DNA of 64,000 nucleotides from an uncultured Chloroflexia bacterium (GTDB lineage Bacteria; Chloroflexota; Limnocylindria; Limnocylindrales; CSP1-4): NCBI GenBank assembly GCA_963712745.1, contig CAVQJC010000020.1, positions 320,001 to 384,000 of the forward strand, read 5' to 3'. Shown piece by piece: positions 55,024 to 64,000 of this stretch (position 1 is its first letter; each line of letters starts with the position of its first letter). The notes under the pieces were generated by a model. It saw only the letters and a program-made list of their open reading frames with translations, ran no database searches and was not told where the DNA came from. The position numbers and the translations under genes were made by a program.

Positions 55024-56295
55024 TCAGGAGGCGTTGGTGCCCTCACTCGCAGCCTGGCGGGTCAGCGCGGCCAGGAACTCGGCGTTGGAGTCGGTCTTGG
55101 AGAGGCGGTTGAGCAGCAGCTCGATGCCCTCGTTGGTACCCACGGCGCTGAGCATGCGCCGCATGGTCCAGACCATCTTGAGCACGGGCTCCTCGAGCAG
55201 AAGCTCCTCGCGCCGGGTGCCGGAGCGCTGCACGTCGATCGAGGGGTAGATGCGCTTCTCGGCCAGCTTGCGGTCGAGGATGAGCTCACTGTTGCCGGTG
55301 CCCTTGAACTCCTCGTAGATGACGTCGTCCATGCGCGAGCCGGTGTCGACCAGACAGGTCGCGATGATGGTCAACGAGCCGCCCTCTTCGAGCTTGCGCG
55401 CGGCGCCGAAGAATCGCTTGGGCGGATACAGCGCCACGGGGTCGATACCACCGGTGAGGGTGCGCCCGGACGGCGGCAGGGCCAGGTTATAGGCGCGCGA
55501 CAGCCGGGTGATGGAATCGAGCAGGATGACCACGTCGCGACCACCCTCGACCTGGCGCTTGGCGATCTCGAGGGCCATCTCGGCCACGTGGGTGTGGTTC
55601 TCGGTGGGCTCGTCGAAGGTCGACGAGATGACCTCGCCCTTGACCGAGCGGCGCATGTCCGTGACCTCCTCGGGCCGCTCGCCGATGAGCGCGACCATGA
55701 GCAGGATCTCGGGGTAGTTCTCAGTGATGCCGTTGGCGATGTTCTTGAGCAGCATCGTCTTGCCGGCCTTGGGCGGGCTTACCACGAGCGCACGCTGGCC
55801 CTTGCCGATGGGGTTGACGAGGTTGACCAGGCGCTGGCTCAGGTTCTTGGGATCGGCCTCGAGGTTGATGAGCTCGTAGGGATGGATGGGCGTGAGCTCG
55901 TCGAAGTGCGGCCGACGGCGAGCGTCGTTGGGGTCCATGCCGTTGACGGTCTCGACGCGGACGAGACCCCAGTACTTCTCGCCCTTCTTGGGCGGGCGCG
56001 GGATGCCGGCTACGCGGTCGCCGCCGCGCAGGCTGAAGCGGCGTACGTGGCTGGAGCTGACGTAGACATCGTCGGGGCTGGGCATGAGACCACGGCGGCG
56101 CATGAAGCCGTAGCCGTCCTCGACCAGGTCGAGGATGCCGGCCGCGTAGCGCTGGCCCTTCTGTTCCGACTGGCGCTGCATGATCTGCTCGACGAGCTCG
56201 TCCCGTGCCATGCCGTCGGCATCTGCCACGTCGAGGTCGCCGCCGATCCTGGCGAGCTCGTCGACGTCCTTCTTCTCGAGTTCCTTGATGTCCAT
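55024..56295 (-). CDS. rho: Transcription termination factor Rho
   Basis: [54 protein letters not shown]. Confidence 0.98.
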   Translation of the reverse strand: MDIKELEKKDVDELARIGGDLDVADADGMARDELVEQIMQRQSEQKGQRYAAGILDLVEDGYGFMRRRGLMPSPDDVYVSSSHVRRFSLRGGDRVAGIPRPPKKGEKYWGLVRVETVNGMDPNDARRRPHFDELTPIHPYELINLEADPKNLSQRLVNLVNPIGKGQRALVVSPPKAGKTMLLKNIANGITENYPEILLMVALIGERPEEVTDMRRSVKGEVISSTFDEPTENHTHVAEMALEIAKRQVEGGRDVVILLDSITRLSRAYNLALPPSGRTLTGGIDPVALYPPKRFFGAARKLEEGGSLTIIATCLVDTGSRMDDVIYEEFKGTGNSELILDRKLAEKRIYPSIDVQRSGTRREELLLEEPVLKMVWTMRRMLSAVGTNEGIELLLNRLSKTDSNAEFLAALTRQAASEGTNAS

Positions 56296-56461
56296 CGTTC
56301 GGGGTGTCAAATCCTTGCGGCAGCGGGGTGAACGCCGGGCCGAGCAGCACAGCGCGCGGCTCGTTGCGCAGCGTAGAGATGGGTGCCGTCCGTTCCCGGT
56401 CGCGCACGGACCAGACGTGTGCCGGCCGTGCGGCGAAACGTGGGAAGGAGGACTGCTGCGG

Positions 56462-56470
56462 ATATTAGCA
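56462..56470 (-). promoter_or_regulatory. Putative extended -10 of rho (TGcTAATAT)
   Basis: AT-rich hexamer with TG extension in a GC-rich background, ~165 nt upstream of rho. Confidence 0.45.
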
Positions 56471-56640
56471 CGGGCCGGCCGTTGGTCAACAGCCACGCCA
56501 ACGGGTCAGAACGGCCAACGAAACGACCGGGCGCGCGCTGCCACCGCTGGCGACCCGCCCTCCCCTGCTCGCCGGTCCCGTGGCACCACCGAGGGGATAG
56601 ATCTGCCCGGCCCGCGATGCGGGGCCGGCCGGAGCTCCTC

Positions 56641-57306
56641 TCAGCCCCTGGCGGCGATCTCCGCCTGGGCCTTGGCCCAATCGGCCTCGAACTGCGCGAT
56701 GCCCTTGTCGGTGAGCGGATGCCCCACCATCTGCTGCACGACCTTGAAGGGCACGGTCGCGATCTGGGCCCCCGCAAGTGCACCCTCGATGACGTGGCGC
56801 GGCGAGCGGGTCGAGGCCACGATGATCTCCGCGTCGAGGCCGTGGATCTCGAGGATGGCCGACAGCTCACGCACCATGTCCATACCGTCCTGGGCGATGT
56901 CGTCCAGACGGCCGACGAAGGGGGACAGGTAGGTGGCCCCGGCCTTGGCCGCAAGCAGGCCCTGGGCGGAGCTGAAGATGAGCGTGCAGTTGGTGCGGAT
57001 GCCTTCCTCGGCAAAGGTCGAGATAGCCATCAGACCGGTCTCGGTCATGGGCACCTTGATGACGATGTTGGGCGCGATCTTGGCGAATTGGCGGCCCTCG
57101 CGCAGCATGCCCTCAAGGTCGTCGGCGATGACCTCCGCGCTGACCGGCCCAGACGTGATCTCGGCGATCTCCGCGAGCACCTCAGGGTAGGTGCCGCCAC
57201 CGGCCTTGGCGAAGAGCGTCGGGTTGGTGGTGACACCGTCGAGCACGCCCCAGCTGTGGACGATGCGGATCTCGTCGATGACGGCAGTATCCAGGAACAG
57301 CTTCAT
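56641..57306 (-). CDS. fsa: Fructose-6-phosphate aldolase / transaldolase (TalC family)
   Basis: [44 protein letters not shown]. Confidence 0.93.
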   Translation of the reverse strand: MKLFLDTAVIDEIRIVHSWGVLDGVTTNPTLFAKAGGGTYPEVLAEIAEITSGPVSAEVIADDLEGMLREGRQFAKIAPNIVIKVPMTETGLMAISTFAEEGIRTNCTLIFSSAQGLLAAKAGATYLSPFVGRLDDIAQDGMDMVRELSAILEIHGLDAEIIVASTRSPRHVIEGALAGAQIATVPFKVVQQMVGHPLTDKGIAQFEADWAKAQAEIAARG

Positions 57307-57437
57307 GTCAGGGTGACTCCTCGGGGTCGGGCTCGGTTCGGTCCGGGGCATTGTACGTCCGTACTCCAGAGGGCTTGCCCGGGCGCGCCGCGACAGGCAC
57401 CATCGGGTCCCGCGCAGCGACAGGCAGGAGGACAGGC

Positions 57438-58187
57438 ATGGATTCCAACGGCAGTGTGGCCATCGTTACCGGTGCCACCCGGGGCATGGGTCGCGCTATC
57501 TCGAGCCGGCTCGCGGCCGAGGGTGCGCGCGTGGTGCTGGTGGCCCGGGGCGAAGCCGGGTTGCAGGAGACCCAGGCCGCCATCCGGGACCAGGGCGGGG
57601 ACGCGTCGGCCTTCGTGACCGACGTGACCGATCGATCGTCGGTGGAGGCCATGGCCGCGGCGGTCTTCGATCGCTTCGGGCGCATCGACCTCCTCGTCAA
57701 CTGCGCCTTCTGGGGCCCGCCGGGCAGCCTCCAGCAGACCGACGAGGACTTCTGGGACCGCACCCTCGACACCACGCTCAAGGGCCCGTACCTGTGTACA
57801 CGCGCGGTGGTGCCCGCGATGCTCGAGCAGGGCGCCGGCACCATCGTCAACATCGGCTCGCTGGCAGGCAAGATCGGCGAGGACAACCGCACCGCCTACT
57901 GCGCAGCCAAGTGGGGTCTAGAGGGGCTGACCGCGGCCCTGCAGGTCGAGCTGCATCGCCAGGGCATCCGCGTCCACCTCATCTCGCCCGGTGCCACCGA
58001 CACCTCGTTCTGGAGCGAGAACGCGCCGGGCCTGACGACCGACCAGCGCGAGCGCTTCATCCCGCCGGAGACCATCGCCGACGCGGTCATGTTCGTGCTG
58101 AGCACGCCCGAGTCGGTGCATATCCCCGACGTGCCCATCCACAACTTCCGCAGCCCCTTCGAGGGCAAGGGCTCGCCCTTCGAGTAA
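57438..58187 (+). CDS. SDR family oxidoreductase
   Basis: [25 protein letters not shown]. Confidence 0.93.
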   Translation: MDSNGSVAIVTGATRGMGRAISSRLAAEGARVVLVARGEAGLQETQAAIRDQGGDASAFVTDVTDRSSVEAMAAAVFDRFGRIDLLVNCAFWGPPGSLQQTDEDFWDRTLDTTLKGPYLCTRAVVPAMLEQGAGTIVNIGSLAGKIGEDNRTAYCAAKWGLEGLTAALQVELHRQGIRVHLISPGATDTSFWSENAPGLTTDQRERFIPPETIADAVMFVLSTPESVHIPDVPIHNFRSPFEGKGSPFE

Positions 58188-58249
58188 GTCCCCGGCCGGA
58201 CCAGCGACAGGGCCGTGATGAGCGGCGTCCGCCCCCGGGGAGCGCGGCT

Positions 58250-59932
<1,683 letters not shown>

Positions 59933-60312
59933 CTACCGAATCCGGCACGCCGGCGCGAGCCCACGCCTCCGGGAGTCCTCCGTGGCGGTTCTTCGCAATC
60001 ATTGCCGGCGACACCGCCGAAGAGCCGCTCCGGCTGGCGGCCGGCCGCTCCAGCCGGCGGCCGAAGAGCCGCTCCGGCCGGTCGCCGGTCGCCGTTCGCT
60101 CCCACCATGACCGGGCGAGCATGGACCGGGCCTTGGAGGCCCGCCCTGAAGGTCCTTGCGGGAACCGAAGTCGCGAGACTGGGCGAGCGCGTTCGATGAT
60201 CGCGAAGAAGTAGCTAGCTGAGTCGCGATGAGCCAGCGGTGGCCCTGCGAAGAGTCGGGGTCGGCTCTCGCGGCGGGCGCGAGCCCGGCCCCCGGACCGG
60301 ATGCGGAGCCCC

Positions 60313-61224
60313 TCAGTCCTCGACCGCGTCCGCCACTCGGTACGCCGCCAGGTCCTCGAGCACCGTGACCAGGCCGGAGTGATCGTATTCGCCACGGCCG
60401 TTGGCATCGGCCGCGCGCATGAGCTGCTCCACGGTCGCGGCGGCGGGCAGGGCCACGCCCGCATCGCGCGCCAGCTCGATGGCGTTCTTGAGGTCCTTAA
60501 GGTGGAGGCGGATGCGGAAACCGGGGTCGAACGAGCCGGTGAGGAAGTTGTCGCGGCGCATCTCCAGCACCTTGGTCGCGGCCAGGCCGCCCTGCAGCAC
60601 GTCGGCGATGCGCGCGGGGTCCACGCCGGCCTTGGCACCGAGCACAAGCGCCTCCGACACCGCCTCGATGACCACACCGACCACGACCTGGTTGCAGACC
60701 TTCACGACCTGGCCCGCTCCGGCGGGACCGCAATGGACGATGGTCGCCCCCATCACCTCGAGGATGGGGCGTGCGCGCTCGAAGGCAGCTTCCTCCCCGC
60801 CGACCATGATCGAGAGCGTGCCGGCGATGGCGCCCTTGTCACCGCCGCTGACCGGGGCGTCGAGGGCGGATGCCCCAGCTGCCGAGGCCCGCTCGGCGAT
60901 CTCGCGCGCGGTGCCCGGGGCGATGGAGCTCATGTCGATGGTCAGCCAGCCCTCGCGCAGCGCCTCGCAGGCCCCGTCGCTTCCGAGGTACACCTCCTGC
61001 ACCTGGGGCGAGTCGGGCAGCATGGTGATGAGCACTTCGGTCTCGGCCGCGACCTGGGCGGGCGTGGTGCCGGCGGTGGCGCCCTCGGCCACGAGTTCGT
61101 CCATGGCCTGGGCCACGATGTCGAGCACGGTCAGCTGGTAGCCAGCGGCCATGAGGTTGCGGGCCATGGGCCTGCCCATGATCCCGAGTCCGATGAAGCC
61201 GATGGTCGGCTTGGGGGTAGTCAT
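60313..61224 (-). CDS. garR: 2-hydroxy-3-oxopropionate reductase-like NAD(P)-dependent dehydrogenase
   Basis: IGFIGLGIMG, DAPVSGG..GA..GTLSIMVGG, GAGQVVKVCNQ, FDPGFRI.LH.KDL. Confidence 0.85.
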   Translation of the reverse strand: MTTPKPTIGFIGLGIMGRPMARNLMAAGYQLTVLDIVAQAMDELVAEGATAGTTPAQVAAETEVLITMLPDSPQVQEVYLGSDGACEALREGWLTIDMSSIAPGTAREIAERASAAGASALDAPVSGGDKGAIAGTLSIMVGGEEAAFERARPILEVMGATIVHCGPAGAGQVVKVCNQVVVGVVIEAVSEALVLGAKAGVDPARIADVLQGGLAATKVLEMRRDNFLTGSFDPGFRIRLHLKDLKNAIELARDAGVALPAAATVEQLMRAADANGRGEYDHSGLVTVLEDLAAYRVADAVED

Positions 61225-61607
61225 GCGTCCTTCTCCATGTCTTCGGGGCGGATGTTGTCGACCTGGCCGTAGATGAACAGCAGTTCGACGTGGCCGCCTG
61301 GCTCCCACTCGAACACGTGCCATTCCAGGGGCGGCGTGTTGATGACGACCCCGGCCTCGAGGTCGATGCGCTCGGTCAGTTGGTCGCGGCCCGGGCCCCA
61401 GCGCACCCAGGCGCGGTCGGCCTCGAGGATGTAGACCGTCTCCTCGGCGTGGTTGTGCGGCTCCATGGGGCCGAACTCGTCGGCATAGCGGGCCGTGCCC
61501 ACCGTCATCTCCTCGCTCTCAAGGGCCGAATCACGGCCCACGAACCGGCGCAGTCCGCGACCCGGCAGAGGATCGATGGGGGTGTCGAGGCGTGTCGTGG
61601 CTCGCAT
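61221..61607 (-). CDS. Cupin-domain protein
   Basis: PHNHAEETVYIL and PPLEWHVF cupin motifs. Confidence 0.8.
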   Translation of the reverse strand: MRATTRLDTPIDPLPGRGLRRFVGRDSALESEEMTVGTARYADEFGPMEPHNHAEETVYILEADRAWVRWGPGRDQLTERIDLEAGVVINTPPLEWHVFEWEPGGHVELLFIYGQVDNIRPEDMEKDA

Positions 61608-61637
61608 GTCTGAGACCTTCCTGTGGCTCTTTGGTGG

Positions 61638-62513
61638 TCAGCCGGCGAACGGCGTGATGGGCAGCCCGGCTACACCGGGCTCGACGACGAAGAGCCCGCC
61701 GGCGTGCGGCTGCTCCGCCAGCTGCGCAGCGCTGAGGCCGTCACGCGCGCTGGTCACATACAGCTGGTCGAGGCCGGGTCCACCGAAGGCGCAGCTGGTG
61801 GTGCGCGCGGCAGGCAGCTCGATGGTGCGCTCCAGAGCGCCCGTGGGGGTGAAGCGGCGCACGGCCCAGCCGTCGTAGAAGGCCACCCACAGGCAGCCGT
61901 CGGCGTCGACGGTCATGCCGTCGGGGATGCCGAAGGCCTCATCGAACTCGATGAGCGGCCGCCGGCCGCTCGCTTCGCCGGCGGTGAGGTCGAAGTCGAA
62001 GACGTCCATGCGCCCAGTGGCCGTGTCGATGTAGTACATGAGCGAGCCCTCGAGGCTCCAGTCGACGCCGTTCGAGATGGTCACCGGCCTGGCGATGGTG
62101 GTGACCGATCCGTCCGGATCGATGCGGTAGAAGCTGCCGGCGCCGGCTTCCGCATCGAGAGCCATCGTGCCACCCCAGAGGCGGCCGGCGCGGTCCGTCT
62201 TGACGTCGTTGAGGCGCGTGGCCTCGTTGGCGGCTTCGACCGGCGCAAGCAGGCGGATCGGCCCATCGTCCGAGTCGGCCAGGTAGACACCATCCTGCAG
62301 GCACAGCGCCAGGCCTCCAGTCGCGCGCGGCAGCACCGCCCCGGCCATCTGCTCGAGCGCACGCGTCCAGACGGCCCCGCTGGCTGGATCCAGGCGATGG
62401 ATGCGCATGCCGGCGATGTCCGTCCACAGCAGGGAAGCGGCCGGTGCGTCCCAGGCCGGACCCTCGCCGATCAAGTCGCCCGCGTCCACGGCGAGCTGCC
62501 ATTCCTGGGACAT
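61638..62513 (-). CDS. SMP-30/gluconolactonase family protein
   Basis: GEGPAW, RLNDVKTD..GRLWGGTM, ISNG..WS, PDGMTVD..G.LWVA, TSCAFGG. Confidence 0.95.
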   Translation of the reverse strand: MSQEWQLAVDAGDLIGEGPAWDAPAASLLWTDIAGMRIHRLDPASGAVWTRALEQMAGAVLPRATGGLALCLQDGVYLADSDDGPIRLLAPVEAANEATRLNDVKTDRAGRLWGGTMALDAEAGAGSFYRIDPDGSVTTIARPVTISNGVDWSLEGSLMYYIDTATGRMDVFDFDLTAGEASGRRPLIEFDEAFGIPDGMTVDADGCLWVAFYDGWAVRRFTPTGALERTIELPAARTTSCAFGGPGLDQLYVTSARDGLSAAQLAEQPHAGGLFVVEPGVAGLPITPFAG

Positions 62514-62514
62514 C

Positions 62515-63120
62515 TCATGCCTCCGTGCTGTAGCTGGCGGTTTCCTCGATGCGCATGCATTCGACGCGCGCCGCGAATTCGACGTTGTGCCAGTGGGCCA
62601 TGGCCTCGTACGGCGGCGCACCCGAGACCACCACCAGACCCTCGCTGGTGATGATGAGCAGGTGGCGCATGCCGTTCTGCTGGGCGAGCTCGCCGGCGCG
62701 AGCGATGGTCCCGGCCAGCATGGGCCCGGTGAGCGCCTCGGGCTCGACGAGGTGGGGCGCGAGGTCGGGCACGCCGCGGTTGCGCATCATGCTCGTGGAT
62801 GGCGGCACGCCCCTGCCCTCGAGCAACAAGGCGCGCAGATGGCGAGACCAGCCGCTGATGACGGCCTGGTGCTCTGGGGCCGCGTCGTAGAGCGCTTCGT
62901 GGAGGGCGCGAGCCGCTGGGTCGGCCGGCTCAGCCGGGACCTCGGCGGACTCGTCGTCCAGCCACAGCCAGAGCCCTGCGGTGCCGTCGGCATAGTCCAT
63001 GCCCCCATCCCGGCGGACGCTGATGGCGATGCCGTCGAGAGTAGCGAACTCGTTCTCGAAGAGGCGACCGAAGATGGTGGCCAGCGTGGCCAGTGCGTCT
63101 GTCCGCCCCTCGATCGTCAT
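62515..63120 (-). CDS. Class II aldolase/adducin-like protein lacking the metal-binding histidines
   Basis: ISVR, LHEALY..P...AVI. The HxH and HG motifs are replaced (SGW, SEG). Confidence 0.55.
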   Translation of the reverse strand: MTIEGRTDALATLATIFGRLFENEFATLDGIAISVRRDGGMDYADGTAGLWLWLDDESAEVPAEPADPAARALHEALYDAAPEHQAVISGWSRHLRALLLEGRGVPPSTSMMRNRGVPDLAPHLVEPEALTGPMLAGTIARAGELAQQNGMRHLLIITSEGLVVVSGAPPYEAMAHWHNVEFAARVECMRIEETASYSTEA

Positions 63121-63755
63121 GCCATACCTCCGCTCGGTGCGGTGCGGATCCGGTACCGGAGCCGCCCGGACTCGAGCCGCTGCCGCAGCACGTCGGCGGC
63201 GCGGAGATTGGTGGGCAGGTCGCGGGCCACTCCGAAGGTGCCATGCATCGAGCCGATGGCCACCGCGCCATCGGCTCGCGCGACCTGGCCCAGCAACTCG
63301 ACCGCGCGCGCGTCGTGCGGCTCCGTCTGGGCCCGGAGGTCCGGTTCCAGCAGCACCACCGCGGCGCCGTACGGCTCTGCGGTCGACGCCACCACACCCG
63401 GTGTCCAGCGGCCTGCCGCGGCTGCCAGCGCTTCGGGCAGGTGCAGGTGGAACACGCAGCCGACGTCAGCGTACGTGCGGTATAGCCGCGTGTGGATGCG
63501 GATCTCTCGCGAGATCCTGTCCGGGTCTCCGATCATCATCTGGCCGTCGAGACCCTGGACCAGGATGTCCTCCGCTTGCAGGCGCCAGCCGGCATTCTCG
63601 GACACCTTGGTCGGCGTCATGACCACGGCGTCTCCGACGCGCAGGCTCATGTTGCCGCCCTGCAGCTCGGTCAATCGCCGGTCGTAGAGCAGGCCGGCGA
63701 CGCGCGCCAGCAGCGCCCGTTCGCGCGCAAAGCCGCGCTCGTTCATGTGGATCAC
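63117..63755 (-). CDS. Class II aldolase/adducin family protein
   Basis: GGNMSLR, MTPT, SREIRIH..LY, VFHLH, HGTF. Confidence 0.88.
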   Translation of the reverse strand: MIHMNERGFARERALLARVAGLLYDRRLTELQGGNMSLRVGDAVVMTPTKVSENAGWRLQAEDILVQGLDGQMMIGDPDRISREIRIHTRLYRTYADVGCVFHLHLPEALAAAAGRWTPGVVASTAEPYGAAVVLLEPDLRAQTEPHDARAVELLGQVARADGAVAIGSMHGTFGVARDLPTNLRAADVLRQRLESGRLRYRIRTAPSGGMA

Positions 63756-64000
63756 ACCCCCTGTGACTGGAACATCGATGACACCTCGCGTGGCTCGAAG
63801 GTGCGGGTGATGGGGTTGCCGAACAGCTCGGCGGCCGACTCCGCATCGAGCCCCCGCCTGGCCATGGCTGCCAGGCGCAGCGCCCCCAGGCCGGCAGCCT
63901 GGACGCTCTCGAGCGTGACCACCGTCCGACCGAGCAGGTCGGCCTTGAGCTGGAGCGTGCGCGTCTGGCGTGCCCCGCCGCCGACCGCGGCGATGGGTGA
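63752..64000 (-). CDS. FGGY-family carbohydrate kinase, C-terminal fragment
   Basis: Translated by hand: AVGGGARQTRTLQLKADLLGRTVVTLESVQAAGLGALRLA. Its stop overlaps the next gene's start. Confidence 0.8.
   Translation of the reverse strand, partial: SPIAAVGGGARQTRTLQLKADLLGRTVVTLESVQAAGLGALRLAAMARRGLDAESAAELFGNPITRTFEPREVSSMFQSQGV

Noticed and set aside
60095-60240. Possible riboswitch, 6S or SRP RNA
   Set aside because: The diagnostic conserved motifs were not found by eye. It is kept only as a low-interest region.

Overview
GC-rich bacterial chromosome segment. The host is probably a high-GC Chloroflexota or similar soil lineage (inference from gene style only). A ~44 kb accessory block lies between the 3' end of leuS and comEA-comEC-holA. 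Most of it (~1.3-42 kb) is an apparently complete extracellular contractile injection system (eCIS/CIS) of the actinobacterial type: sheath, two tubes, tube/LysM initiator, VgrG, PAAR, gp25, baseplate J, tail-I protein, AAA ATPase and DUF4255 cap. I found no tail fibre, canonical tape measure or lysis genes. The locus also encodes a ~3080 aa candidate cargo (LQRxAGN motif, annexin repeats, hydrophobic hairpin, anthrax-EF/CyaA/ExoY-like nucleotidyl cyclase, two JAB/MPN-like domains), a convergent candidate immunity gene, two DUF4157 proteins, three zinc-ribbon/TM/ectodomain proteins, secreted Ig-like, collagen-like and metzincin proteins, and two regulators. A TGCCY-N4-RGGCA palindrome recurs in its intergenic regions. 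The rest of the window has three tandem LLM oxidoreductases, comEA, comEC (its frame runs without a stop through a nested HD gene into holA), housekeeping genes (rsfS, nadD, obgE, rho, fsa, pyrG) and the distal part of a sugar catabolic operon. I recognised no rRNA, tRNA, CRISPR array or integrase. All family assignments come from reading motifs by eye; no database search was run.
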